Source: Nitrospirota bacterium
GTDB lineage: Bacteria > Nitrospirota > 9FT-COMBO-42-15 > HDB-SIOI813
Direction of reading: 5' to 3'
DNA: 64,000 nt
Assembly (NCBI GenBank): GCA_020851375.1
Contig: JADZCV010000022.1
Location: forward strand, 10,814-74,813
This document shows positions 45,294 through 54,694 of this stretch, piece after piece; within the stretch, counting starts at the first letter, position 1, and each line of letters begins with the position of its first letter. A model generated the notes under the pieces. That model saw only the letters and a program-made list of their open reading frames with translations. It made no database searches and was not told where the DNA came from. The translations under genes and the position numbers were made by a program.

Positions 45294-45581
45294 ATGGCCA
45301 AAGCAAAGACGAAGTCGCAGATTGTGGAACACCTTTCCCAAAAGACCAGCCTTCCCAAGAAGAGCGTAACCGAGTTTCTGGATGAACTGATGTCCCTGGC
45401 CTACAAGGAAGCGAAGAACGGATTTACCCTGCCCGGATTGGGAAAGCTCGTGGTGGTAAACCGCAAGGCCAGGATGGGACGGAATCCACAGACCGGTGAG
45501 GCGATCAAGATCCCTGCAAAGCGGGTACTTAAGTTCCGTGTGGCCAAGGCTGCCAAGGATGCTGTCATGGGTGTCAAATAG
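45294..45581 (+). CDS. HU/IHF-family DNA-binding protein
   Basis: 95 aa from ATG 45294 (AGGAGGAG RBS). GFTLPGLGKLVVVNRKARMGRNPQTGEAIKIPAKRVLKFRVAK is the typical beta-arm region. Confidence 0.88.
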   Translation: MAKAKTKSQIVEHLSQKTSLPKKSVTEFLDELMSLAYKEAKNGFTLPGLGKLVVVNRKARMGRNPQTGEAIKIPAKRVLKFRVAKAAKDAVMGVK

Positions 45582-45614
45582 ATCCGATCTTGTGTCTTGA
45601 ATAAGTAGAATGCG

Positions 45615-45632
45615 AGAGGGGGGCACCCCTCT
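45615..45632 (+). terminator. Possible terminator hairpin after the HU gene
   Basis: AGAGGGG-ggca-CCCCTCT with no clear U-tract. Confidence 0.3.
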
Positions 45633-45829
45633 AAATTGTGATAATTTTATGGCCCCATTCCGCTGACATCAGACCTCATTAAGATCTTTAGTTGGCAGGC
45701 GGCGCTATTGGTTTGATCTTGTATCTGTTTTGCGCCATGCTGCGATTCATGATAGAGTGAATGAGAGAGTTGCAAAAGCCGGGAAGAGACGGGTTCATGA
45801 AGACGTGGATTTTGTAAAGAGGTGCCAGA

Positions 45830-47962
45830 ATGACCAATCCAAAGCACATGCCTTATTTTGCAATCATCATTATAGCAGCCTTGACTGCTGCACTGCTTAC
45901 GGCATGTGGCGGAGGTGCTGCCGGAGTCGATGAGGATAACATCCCTCCTGACAGCGGAACAGGTGCCGATGGAGTGACCATTTATTGGAAGCATTACGGG
46001 ACTGGCTTTGGCGCAGGTTGGTCGGTACAGGAGACACTCGATGGTGGTTATATCGCAGCTGGTTACGAGACGACTGGTCAGTCGGATAAGGCGGACGTCT
46101 ATGTAGTGAAGACTGATGCGCATGGCGATGTGCAGTGGCAGGGGTGGTTCGGCGGGACAGGCTGGGACGAGGGTCATTCGGTCCAGCAGACAGCGGACAA
46201 CGGCTTCATCGTAGCGGCCTGCATGGACTGCGATTCTGATTCCAGAAACTTCTATTTTCTCAAACTTGACGAAGGCGGCAAAAAAGTATGGGAAAAGGAC
46301 ATTTCGGGATCGTCGCTAAGCGGTGCATATGGGGCGCTTGAAAGCAGTTCCGGTCCGAACCCGGATGGGTACGTTCTTGTGGGATCAGACCTTAACCAGG
46401 GGGTTGCCCTGATAAAGACAAATCCTGCAGGCGATGTTATATGGCAAAAATCCTTTGCGAGTCACGCTGGCTGGGATGTGGGTTTTGCCGTTGAGCAGGC
46501 GGCCGATGAGGGGTTTGTCATCACCGGAACCTACGGGGGAGGAATCGGCCTGATCAAGACCGGGCCGGATGGTGCCGTGCAGTGGAGCAAGACATACGGC
46601 CCGGGCGAAGGATGGTCAGTCAGGCAGACCTCCGATGGCGGTTACGTGATCGCGGGACGCACGACTCAGAGTCCCTGGTTTGGCGGAACCGATTCCGGAG
46701 ACGCTATCGTCATCAAGACGGATAAGGATGGCAACCAGGTCTGGAGCAAGACCTTCGGCGGGGCCGAGGATGACGAGGCGCGTTCGGTCGCCAGGACACT
46801 TGACGGCGGGTACATCATCGCCGGAAAGACCAAGTCTTATGGTCCGGGACCGGTTGATCCTGACCAGCCCTGGCAGTGGGAAGATGTGCTCCTAATCAAG
46901 CTCGACTCGAACGGCAACCCTATCTGGCAGAAGGTGAAGGGGCATCGCCCTAACAGCAGTGATGGGGCCGCTTCTGTTTATCCGGTGTCTGATGGCGGCT
47001 ACATCGTTGCCGGCAACAGTAATGCTTACCCAAACGGCACCGTGCTGATTGCCAAGACTGATAAAAACGGCGATACCGTGAATTTGGGTGATGAGGACCT
47101 TACCATTACCGTGCCTGGTGTTCAAGGCATGATCAACTTTACCAATGCGATTGATGTTGCATCCGCGGGGGCCCGGGGGATAACGTTGCCGTACGATGTT
47201 GGGACCATTGCGCTCGCCGTTCTGTCCGATGTGGCTAACGGCAGACCAGCGGGCGATCTCTGCAACGGCGACAACAACGGGTACAATGCGGCGCTCGTGC
47301 CATCGCTGCCGATTGCAACAGGAAGCACGCTTACCGTAACATTCAAGGATTGTGTCAACGGGCCGGGTGGCAGCGAACGCACGCTGAACGGAGGTTTTGT
47401 GCTCACGGTTGATAGCTTCACCGGAAGCTTATCGTCGAACTATACAGTACAGACCACGATCAGTCCGATAAATGTCACAAGCGCCGAGTCAGGCGGATCG
47501 CTGTCGAACTCGATAACAGGCGGTATCAGGTTCTCCAGGGATGCGGTAGGCGGTAACTTTACGGAGCTGTCACAGTCAATTGACTTGCCGTTGCCTGTTT
47601 TGCTTACCTACAGCGAGACTGAGGACAGCGTCAATGTAACCCGTGTCATCGGGCCCTTCGGGATCCACGACAGCGTGGCTGCATCAGGAGCCGGGGCCTA
47701 TGCGATAGGTCTTGCCGGAGATGCTGCGACAGTCGAAATTCCAGGTTCGACCGCTGGTACGCTCTCTGTGACGGTGCTCCAGACGGTTCAGGGTGCAGGG
47801 CCAGGAGCTGCTCCGGGCAGCGGGAGCTTCAAGATTATTGCACAGGACGAAAGCAGCATGACTGTGACTATGGCTGGTGCCGGGATCACGCTTTCAATAG
47901 ACACGAACGCCGACGATACCATTGACGGGACTATCTCGACCACATGGGATTTCCTGTATTAG
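45830..47962 (+). CDS. Lipoprotein with ~7 tandem ~50-60-aa repeats (beta-propeller-like) and a ~290-aa C-terminal region
   Basis: Lipobox LLTACGG. The recurring unit is G..G.D.G.SV.QT.DGGY(I/V)(I/V)AG......D..(L/V)IKTD..G...W.K.FGG. Confidence 0.75.
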   Translation: MTNPKHMPYFAIIIIAALTAALLTACGGGAAGVDEDNIPPDSGTGADGVTIYWKHYGTGFGAGWSVQETLDGGYIAAGYETTGQSDKADVYVVKTDAHGDVQWQGWFGGTGWDEGHSVQQTADNGFIVAACMDCDSDSRNFYFLKLDEGGKKVWEKDISGSSLSGAYGALESSSGPNPDGYVLVGSDLNQGVALIKTNPAGDVIWQKSFASHAGWDVGFAVEQAADEGFVITGTYGGGIGLIKTGPDGAVQWSKTYGPGEGWSVRQTSDGGYVIAGRTTQSPWFGGTDSGDAIVIKTDKDGNQVWSKTFGGAEDDEARSVARTLDGGYIIAGKTKSYGPGPVDPDQPWQWEDVLLIKLDSNGNPIWQKVKGHRPNSSDGAASVYPVSDGGYIVAGNSNAYPNGTVLIAKTDKNGDTVNLGDEDLTITVPGVQGMINFTNAIDVASAGARGITLPYDVGTIALAVLSDVANGRPAGDLCNGDNNGYNAALVPSLPIATGSTLTVTFKDCVNGPGGSERTLNGGFVLTVDSFTGSLSSNYTVQTTISPINVTSAESGGSLSNSITGGIRFSRDAVGGNFTELSQSIDLPLPVLLTYSETEDSVNVTRVIGPFGIHDSVAASGAGAYAIGLAGDAATVEIPGSTAGTLSVTVLQTVQGAGPGAAPGSGSFKIIAQDESSMTVTMAGAGITLSIDTNADDTIDGTISTTWDFLY

Positions 47963-48006
47963 TCTCCAGTCCACGAAATTATGAAAGGCATCACCAATTT
48001 CAGGAG

Positions 48007-48177
48007 AACCGTCATGAGCCCTTCGACCAGCTCAGTCTCACCAAGGTTCATGAAAACGTCATTCCCGCGTAAGCGGGAATCCAGCCCGAGGCCTGGTTCT
48101 GGATTCCCACTCCCAGCTTAAATCCTGCTGGGACAGGTTCCGTGAAAATGGCAAATACACAGGAACACTTTCAGGTG
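48007..48177. repeat. Third copy of the ~170-nt composite REP element
   Basis: Co-linear with 38507-38678 (AACCGTCATGAGCCCTTCGAC.AGCTCAG..CTCAC...GAAAACGTCATTCCCGCG.AAGCGGGAATCCAG.CCGAGGCCTGGTTCTGGATTCCCACTCCC.GCTTAAATCCTGC.GGGACAGGTTCCGTG..AATG.CA...TTTCAGGTG). Confidence 0.88.
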
Positions 48178-48260
48178 CTCCTTAATGTTCATGGAATCTG
48201 AAACCCCGCGTGGCGAGGGCAGCTATAGATGGCCAATAGACCCGGCTGTGTATACCAGCC

Positions 48261-48659
48261 TCACTCGGTCGTAGTGCCGTCGAATTCGGCCTCCTGAGCC
48301 TCGGCATCTTTCTTTGTCGCCCTGATGATGCCGTCCTTGTGGTGCGGCGGAGAATAGATGGTATAGAGTCTCAGTGCTTCACTCGTCGAGGTGTTCACAA
48401 CGTTGTGTTTTGCCCCTGCCGGAACGACGACCGCCGTGCCATCACCCACTTCATATTGATTGCCGTCTATTATGACCATTCCCCGGCCTTTCTCAAACCG
48501 GAAAAACTGGTCAGTATCATCGTGCACTTCCATGCCTATTTCCTCACCCGGGGCGAGGCTCATCAGCACCAACTGGCTGTATTTGCCGGTGTAGAGCACC
48601 TTGCGAAAATTGTTGTTTCCTGTCGTTAGTCTTTCGATGTTATCACGATAGCCTTTCAT
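48261..48659 (-). CDS. Cupin-domain protein
   Basis: 132 aa with GEEIGMEVHDDTDQFF...VVVPAGAKHNVVN, the two cupin His/Glu motifs. Confidence 0.8.
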   Translation of the reverse strand: MKGYRDNIERLTTGNNNFRKVLYTGKYSQLVLMSLAPGEEIGMEVHDDTDQFFRFEKGRGMVIIDGNQYEVGDGTAVVVPAGAKHNVVNTSTSEALRLYTIYSPPHHKDGIIRATKKDAEAQEAEFDGTTTE

Positions 48660-48891
48660 TTTTTGTCCCCCCCTTATCCATTCTCAGTTTAACAAAGTTC
48701 CGGCCTATAATAAAGGAGAGAAATGAAACTTACATTAAAATACCTGTTATTTCTATAGCTGTTGGTTCTATGATGAAATTATAATGCCATTGAGATATAA
48801 TGGCGTTCCAGTAGCAGCGGGTGGAAGTGGGGTAAACCTCATGAGGGTTTACAGTAAGAAATACTGATTCATTAAACGATTGGAGATGCTC

Positions 48892-49467
48892 ATGACCATG
48901 CTTAAAGAATTAACAGACCTTATTCTTGAGAAGTCACTTAAAGTGGCGGATGAACCTGTATTTGAGCTTTCCTCAGGCAGGAAGAGCAATCTCTACATTG
49001 ACTGCAGAAAGACCACGAAGAATGCGAGAGGCGCCTATCTGATAGGTAACATCATTTACGAAAAGATATCAGGTCTTGATGTGGATGCGATTGGGGGGCT
49101 TACCATGGGGGCTGATCCAGTGGCTGATGCAGTAGCATATACGAGCGTGCTCAAGGGTAAATTGATAAACTCTTTTTCTGTGAGAAAGAAGGCTAAGGAG
49201 CACGGACTCAAGAGGGTTATTGAGGGTGATGTCAAAAGCGGGGACAGGGTTGTTATTGTTGATGATGTTGCGACGACAGGACAGTCCACTATTGAGGCGA
49301 TAGAAAATGCAAGGGCCGGAGGTCTCACTGTCGTTAAGGTTATTATTCTGGTAGACAGGCAGGAAGGTGGAAGGGAAAACATCCTGAAGCATGATGTTGA
49401 TTTTGAAGCGGTACTGACGAAAGAGGACCTGCTGAAAGAATATTACAAAAAACAGAGGAATTCATAA
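48892..49467 (+). CDS. pyrE: Orotate phosphoribosyltransferase
   Basis: PRPP-binding motif VVIVDDVATTGQS. Start taken at ATG 48892 after GGAG (the track start TTG 48880 is also possible). Confidence 0.88.
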   Translation: MTMLKELTDLILEKSLKVADEPVFELSSGRKSNLYIDCRKTTKNARGAYLIGNIIYEKISGLDVDAIGGLTMGADPVADAVAYTSVLKGKLINSFSVRKKAKEHGLKRVIEGDVKSGDRVVIVDDVATTGQSTIEAIENARAGGLTVVKVIILVDRQEGGRENILKHDVDFEAVLTKEDLLKEYYKKQRNS

Positions 49468-49472
49468 TATCA

Positions 49473-50459
49473 TTACGGACCTGACATGGCCGTTCTCTCT
49501 TCAGCCTTTTCAAATGTTGCGGTTACTGTCCTGGACGAGTTCATGGTGACTTTACATGGCCTTTTCCCGGTGCATGCCCCGCTCCAGCCGGTGAAATAGG
49601 AACCAGTGTCTGGCCTGGCCTTGAGTGTCACACGGGCGTTTTTGCCGGCGCTGGTTGGGATATACATAATACCGGAGCAGTCATCAAAATCCCCATCCCC
49701 TGCAATTGCCGGTACACCCTGACAGATTACATTGCCGGTGCCGGTCCCTGATTTAGTAACCTCTACAGGCTGGAACCCGTTGAGAAATTTTCCCCAATCC
49801 CTGTCTGTCCACCCATAAGGGTCCATATGATCTCCGACATACGCCCTGCAATCTCCTCTATAACTCTCCGGGATGGTGGTGCAGTCTACGAGGGGTGAAT
49901 AGTCTGCGTGTCTGAACACCCTGTCTGTATTGATTCTGTAGGTATTCATCAATTGAGCTGTAAGCCGCGCCAGCGCCTTTTGTTGTTTATGTGTGAAGGG
50001 TTTGCCTGACCTCTCCTGAACAGTGGTCGAATATAGTTCTATGCCTATCGAAGATAGATTAACGACGTTATCTGTAGAGCGGGTGTGGCGGGCCGCCCGC
50101 AGATCATCAAACCTCCGGATGACGGTCCCATCGCGGTCAATATAATAATGGGCGAAGGCACAGGTACTGAGGGAGTGTGCGACCACCTCGTTAAAGGACA
50201 TTGATGGACTTACGTGGGTGGAGTGTATAATGATCTGGGTGATCTGATCGCTGCCCCTGTCCGGTGTATCACAATCTGCCGGCCTGCTTGTCAGGTCGCC
50301 GTATTGTCCTGTTGCCCTGGCCTGCTTTATTTCCTTCAGCACGCCCTTGTCAATGTTGTGCCTGTGCGGCCTCGCTGCCGTTGGGGTGACAACTGCTATG
50401 GAGACTATCATGACCAGCATGCATGACAGAAGATATCTCATACAGCAATTTAATACCAT
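49473..50459 (-). CDS. N-acetylmuramoyl-L-alanine amidase (Amidase_2/PGRP fold) with a C-terminal bacterial repeat domain
   Basis: Signal peptide plus IIIHSTH...IGIELY amidase motifs. The C-terminal YFTGWSGACTGKRPCKVTMNSSRTVTATF is a divergent InlB B-repeat type. Confidence 0.75.
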   Translation of the reverse strand: MVLNCCMRYLLSCMLVMIVSIAVVTPTAARPHRHNIDKGVLKEIKQARATGQYGDLTSRPADCDTPDRGSDQITQIIIHSTHVSPSMSFNEVVAHSLSTCAFAHYYIDRDGTVIRRFDDLRAARHTRSTDNVVNLSSIGIELYSTTVQERSGKPFTHKQQKALARLTAQLMNTYRINTDRVFRHADYSPLVDCTTIPESYRGDCRAYVGDHMDPYGWTDRDWGKFLNGFQPVEVTKSGTGTGNVICQGVPAIAGDGDFDDCSGIMYIPTSAGKNARVTLKARPDTGSYFTGWSGACTGKRPCKVTMNSSRTVTATFEKAEERTAMSGP

Positions 50460-50558
50460 TGCAAAGGCCGGCTGTCAATAGAGGTTATAAGATTTGACAC
50501 CTATAAACAATTTGCAAAACCCGGTGGTTGTATATAGAATAAATAAGGGAGGTATCCT

Positions 50559-51047
50559 ATGAGTGCCAGGAAATCTGCTGTTGGAATAAAAGAAGGTGAC
50601 AAGGCGCCTGACTTTGTGCTGTCGGATTATGAGGGTAGGGACGTGTCGCTCTCCGGCTTCAGGGGTAAGAAGGTAGTCCTCTATTTCTATCCTAAGGATA
50701 ACACACCGGGATGTACGAAAGAGGCCTGTTCATTTCGTGATGGTTATGGAGAGATTAATAAGCTGGGCGGTGTTGTGCTCGGGGTGAGTGCTGACTCAGT
50801 GGCATCTCACATAAAATTCAGGGATAAATTTGAGCTTAACTTCCCGCTCCTCAGTGATGCAAATAAAGAGGTGGTACAGGCCTATGGCGTATGGAAGGAG
50901 AAATCCCTGTATGGCCGTAAGTTCATGGGCATTGAGCGCACGACATTTATTATAGATGAAGAGGGTAAGATTGCCAGGATCTTCCCGAAGGTCAGGATAG
51001 ATGACCATCTTGATGAGGTTCTTGAGGCGCTTAAAACTGCCCCTTGA
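50559..51047 (+). CDS. bcp: Thiol peroxidase Bcp (peroxiredoxin)
   Basis: [19 protein letters not shown] active-site motif. Confidence 0.92.
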   Translation: MSARKSAVGIKEGDKAPDFVLSDYEGRDVSLSGFRGKKVVLYFYPKDNTPGCTKEACSFRDGYGEINKLGGVVLGVSADSVASHIKFRDKFELNFPLLSDANKEVVQAYGVWKEKSLYGRKFMGIERTTFIIDEEGKIARIFPKVRIDDHLDEVLEALKTAP

Positions 51048-51678
51048 ATTCTGTAAATGCCCGCTTTAAATCCTCCAACTCCTGGCGAAGCCGTAATAAC
51101 TCTTCCTCAAGTCTCATGATGTGTTCATCTTCCGGATAATTAGTCTGTACGGGTGATGGTGCCTGACCTGTAATTTCTGTATCTGTCTTTTCCTGTACAT
51201 CAGTCAACAGGTGTGTGTATCGTGGCTCTTTCAGCCCATGCTGACGGGGGAGCAGCTTTACATAGCCCATTTCCTCAAGGCTCAGGAGTATCTCTTTAAC
51301 CTCTTCTACGTTGTTAAATTGGTAGAGGCGGTCTGTACGCTCCCGTATCTCGGCTGCTGTCTGCTGGCCGCGCAGGAACAGGACGCAGATTATGGCAGCC
51401 TCCTTATTGACAAGATTGCGGGCCTTGAGAAAGTCGTGTGCGTATTTTGAAACCCGGCTCAAATCACTCTGCCATACCAGGCCCTTTCCTTTAAGACTGT
51501 CAATGGCGCTTAAAACTGTCTCTTCATCATACGATACAACCGGTTCCCTGCTCGATTTCTGATTGCACGCATTGACGAGTGCGTTTAATGAAAGGGGATA
51601 GTAATCAGGGGTGGTCATCTCCTTTTCGATTAGACAACCAAGGACACGCACTTCCGGTTCAGTAAGCTTTAACTCCAT
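51031..51678 (-). CDS. YceH/DUF480 (UPF0502) family protein
   Basis: [44 protein letters not shown] is the family's N-terminal signature. Confidence 0.8.
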   Translation of the reverse strand: MELKLTEPEVRVLGCLIEKEMTTPDYYPLSLNALVNACNQKSSREPVVSYDEETVLSAIDSLKGKGLVWQSDLSRVSKYAHDFLKARNLVNKEAAIICVLFLRGQQTAAEIRERTDRLYQFNNVEEVKEILLSLEEMGYVKLLPRQHGLKEPRYTHLLTDVQEKTDTEITGQAPSPVQTNYPEDEHIMRLEEELLRLRQELEDLKRAFTEFKGQF

Positions 51679-51761
51679 AATAGTAAACCCTCCGTTGAAT
51701 GAGATATTATCAGAATTGTCGCAGTAATGTCATCATAATTTGAACTGTTTATATATTTCCC

Positions 51762-51790
51762 TTGCAATTGCCATCTTCATGTGTTAGGAT
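51762..51790 (+). promoter_or_regulatory. Candidate promoter (TTGCAA-17-TAGGAT) giving a ~300-nt 5' UTR for the DEAD-box helicase
   Basis: Hexamers at 51762-51767 and 51785-51790, based on sequence match only. Confidence 0.3.
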
Positions 51791-52094
51791 GTCTTTCAAT
51801 TGACGAATCGCGAGGCGGATGTAGCATACCCCTTATTATCAAAACATCACTCCTCAAAAGCAGGGCCATCAGAAACTAAAGAAAGAGTTTTGGGCTGGAA
51901 ACTTCTTCAGCAGTTAATCAGTGTGACTGATTCCGGATTACCCTTCTGACAGATTCTTCAGGCAATATGGAAAGAATGATATGGTTTCAGGATTTATGTA
52001 TTTAGCTGGGGAGACGTATGTCCCGGACCAGGGTATCTTTCCGTTTTAACAATATGGGACTTTAGTCCCGGAATTTAATCAGGAGAAAAAGAAT

Positions 52095-53324
52095 ATGTCG
52101 TTTGAAAAAATGGGGCTCAGCCCCGAAATCCTCAAGGCTTTAAAGAGTAAGAATTATGTGGACCCTACACCCATTCAGTCTAAGGCCATCCCTGTCATTA
52201 TGCAGGGAAAGGACCTGATCGGTTGTGCACAGACCGGTACCGGAAAGACCGCAGGATTCACCCTTCCAGTACTTAACAGGCTTCAGAAGGGGAAGTCGCC
52301 ATCGCTTAGGGCGCTGGTACTTGTTCCGACCCGTGAACTTGCCATGCAGGTGCATGATAGTGTGAAAACTTACGGTAGTAACCTCCGTCTGCGTACGGCC
52401 CTTGTCTATGGAGGTGTCGGCATATATCCACAGAAAGAGGCGTTGAGACGAGGGGTGGACATACTTATCGCAACACCAGGCAGGTTGATGGACCACATGC
52501 GCCAGAGGACCGTTTCGTTTAAGAATCTGGAAGTACTTGTGATTGATGAGGCAGACCGTATGCTTGACATGGGATTCATTGCCGATATACGGACCATTAT
52601 TAAGAGTATCCCCCAGCAGCGCCAGACACTTCTGTTCTCCGCCACTATGCCAGCTGAGATACAGAGGCTTGCTAACGAGATTTTAAAGCAACCTGAGGTT
52701 GTTGAAGTAGCACGTCAGGGTACTCCTGCATCAGGTGTCAGACAGGTTGTCTATCCTGTGGATGTAACACGCAAATCCGATTTGTTGGTTCATCTGATTG
52801 AAAAAGAGCAGATGTCGAGGGTGCTTGTCTTCACGAGGACTAAAAATCGTGCGGAAAAGCTGGCAACACATCTTAACCGCAAAGGGAGTATGGCAGAGGC
52901 TATCCATGGTGACAAGAGCCAGCGGGAACGTACTCAGGCACTTCAGGCCTTCAAAAATGGAGACGTACAGGTGCTGGTTGCAACGAATGTGGCTGCCCGC
53001 GGACTTGATGTCAAAGAAATTTCTCACGTGGTGAACTATGAAATGCCTGACGCCCCTGAGGATTATGTCCACAGGATTGGGCGGACTGCACGTGCAGAGA
53101 AAACAGGCGATGCAATTTCACTGGTTTCTTCATGTGAGCGTGAAAGCCTTCGCAACATTGAAAAGTATATTGGAACAAAGATTCGTCAGGTCGTGATGGA
53201 TGGTTTTGCAAACAGTGATTTAGGACAGAAGCTGGCTGCCAGGGCTGAGCCTTCTTTTAAGACAAGGGCCAGGCGACCAGGTCGTTCAAGACGTCCATCA
53301 TATAGCGGTTATACCAAAGGTTAA
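52095..53324 (+). CDS. rhlE: DEAD-box ATP-dependent RNA helicase (RhlE-like)
   Basis: Q motif, AQTGTGKT, DEAD, SAT, HRIGRTAR and a basic C-terminal tail. Confidence 0.93.
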   Translation: MSFEKMGLSPEILKALKSKNYVDPTPIQSKAIPVIMQGKDLIGCAQTGTGKTAGFTLPVLNRLQKGKSPSLRALVLVPTRELAMQVHDSVKTYGSNLRLRTALVYGGVGIYPQKEALRRGVDILIATPGRLMDHMRQRTVSFKNLEVLVIDEADRMLDMGFIADIRTIIKSIPQQRQTLLFSATMPAEIQRLANEILKQPEVVEVARQGTPASGVRQVVYPVDVTRKSDLLVHLIEKEQMSRVLVFTRTKNRAEKLATHLNRKGSMAEAIHGDKSQRERTQALQAFKNGDVQVLVATNVAARGLDVKEISHVVNYEMPDAPEDYVHRIGRTARAEKTGDAISLVSSCERESLRNIEKYIGTKIRQVVMDGFANSDLGQKLAARAEPSFKTRARRPGRSRRPSYSGYTKG

Positions 53325-53330
53325 CTTTTC

Positions 53331-53529
53331 AAATCCCCCCAGCCCCCCTTTTCTAAAGGGGGGAACTAATTTCCCTTTTAAAAGGAGAGCTAATTTTCCC
53401 CTTGAAAGGAGAACTAATTTCCCCCCTTGAAAGGAGAGCTAATTTTCCCCTTTGAAAGGGGAACTAATTTCCCCCCTTGAAAGGGGAACTAATTTCCCCC
53501 TTTGAAAAAGGGGGATTGAGGGGGATTTT
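53331..53529. repeat. Tandem array of ~7 short C-tract/G-tract hairpins (24-28-nt period) enclosed by AAATCCCCC...GGGGGATTT
   Basis: ccccccttttctaaagggggg-aactaatt-tcccttttaaaaggaga-gctaatt-ttccccttgaaaggaga-actaatt-... ending gggggattgagggggatttt. It starts 7 nt after the rhlE stop. Confidence 0.9.
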
Positions 53530-53605
53530 CCACGTTGCGGCTTTCCTTGCTATTCTCCCTGAGAAGTGGTAGTTATTTATCTGTAACCACTTTCATGAAA
53601 AGGAG

Positions 53606-53932
53606 ATGGCCATGTCTAAATTACCTTCTCAGTATGTCAGTATAAAAAAGAGGTTCAGAGACTATTTCGATGCTGTTGATAATCTCGGCAAGTCCACAAA
53701 GGGAATGGGGCCGCTCGATGAGAGGACTTCTCAGCTTGTACAGCTTGCAGCCGCTGCAGCCTTAAGATCAGAAGGAGCTGTTCATTCACATACAAAAAGG
53801 GCGCTTGAGGCAGGGGCAAGCCGGGAGGAGGTATACCATGCGCTGATACTCCTGACGAGCACACTGGGATTCCCTACTGTATCTGCAGCACTTAGCTGGG
53901 CCGATGATGTATTGCCTAAACGAAAGAAATAG
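53606..53932 (+). CDS. Carboxymuconolactone decarboxylase (CMD/AhpD-like) family protein
   Basis: 108 aa with LDERTSQLVQLAAAAALRSEGAVHSHTKRALEAGASREEVYHAL, typical of the CMD family. Confidence 0.75.
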   Translation: MAMSKLPSQYVSIKKRFRDYFDAVDNLGKSTKGMGPLDERTSQLVQLAAAAALRSEGAVHSHTKRALEAGASREEVYHALILLTSTLGFPTVSAALSWADDVLPKRKK

Positions 53933-54032
53933 CAAATAGAATGGGGGCAGGTTTTCAATTATGACACCAGACCTCAGTAGCGATCGGGCCATATGACTGC
54001 TTTCGCTGCCACTCCAAATAGATGCGTTTGTA

Positions 54033-54533
54033 TTAGCGCCTGCCTTTGTCGTGCTTATTGTGTCCCTTGCCTGGATGTCCTTTGTACTTGTTGTTTTTGT
54101 AGTGCTCATCCGCAACGAAATGTCTTCCCTTGTACTCAGTGCCGTGATTTCTGTAGGCCGCAAACTCCCGGTCACGGTATGTATGCAATTGATTTATCGT
54201 AAATCTCCGCAGCCCCGGTGGCAGAGATTTGTGTTTAATGTGAACCCATGGATCTCCGTATCCATGTGACCAGTACCAGTGATCATTATTGTAATAGTAG
54301 TAGCGTCCGCTTATAAAGAAGATAGAATAAGGGATGCCTACTGCCACGTAGACCCCTGGCCTGGACAGGAAAATCATCATTGGTGGTTCCTCAACCACTA
54401 CCGCCTGTGGTACAGGTACACCGATGTTGACATTGACATTAACCTCGCCCCTTGCCTGAGTTCCTGTAATGACTGCAAACAGTATTAATATGGTTAAGCA
54501 AGCTGTTAATAACTTAACTGCATACTTCATCAA
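54033..54533 (-). CDS. Secreted hypothetical protein, aromatic- and basic-rich
   Basis: Signal peptide MMKYAVKLLTACLTILILFAVITG, a YYYYNNDHWYWSHGYGDPW segment and a Lys/His-rich tail. Confidence 0.5.
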   Translation of the reverse strand: MMKYAVKLLTACLTILILFAVITGTQARGEVNVNVNIGVPVPQAVVVEEPPMMIFLSRPGVYVAVGIPYSIFFISGRYYYYNNDHWYWSHGYGDPWVHIKHKSLPPGLRRFTINQLHTYRDREFAAYRNHGTEYKGRHFVADEHYKNNKYKGHPGKGHNKHDKGRR

Positions 54534-54652
54534 TATCCTCCTATGGTTTGGCGCTGGATTACTGCTTTTTCGGAAATGCCACTTATATTTATTAGCAGAT
54601 AAAGTGACTTTCTGTCAAGGTGCACCTGTTATTACAAAACTCTTTGAATTCC

Positions 54653-54681
54653 TTGACTATCAAGGCCTTTATATGATAATT
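54653..54681 (+). promoter_or_regulatory. Candidate trp operon promoter (TTGACT-16/17-GATAAT/ATAATT)
   Basis: TTGACT at 54653-54658 and tatGATAATt at 54672-54681, 14 nt upstream of the trpE ATG. Confidence 0.4.
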
Positions 54682-54694
54682 TTGTAAGTCTATC

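Noticed and set aside
45647-46177. A 176-aa minus-strand ORF overlapping the start of the lipoprotein gene.
   Set aside because: It overlaps a plus-strand gene that has a clear lipobox and repeat structure, and it has no motifs of its own. It is probably spurious in GC-rich DNA.
48722-48757. An 11-codon ORF (MKLTLKYLLFL) with an AAAGGAGAG RBS upstream of pyrE, as a possible pyrimidine attenuation leader.
   Set aside because: No adjacent terminator or U-rich pausing structure can be recognised, and it lies ~135 nt from pyrE. The evidence is insufficient.
54534-54694. A possible trp leader peptide, attenuator, T-box or TRAP-binding (G/U)AG repeat array upstream of trpE.
   Set aside because: There is no Trp-codon-containing leader ORF, no terminator/antiterminator pair and no regularly spaced GAG/TAG triplets. 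Only a promoter-like TTGACT...GATAAT is visible.
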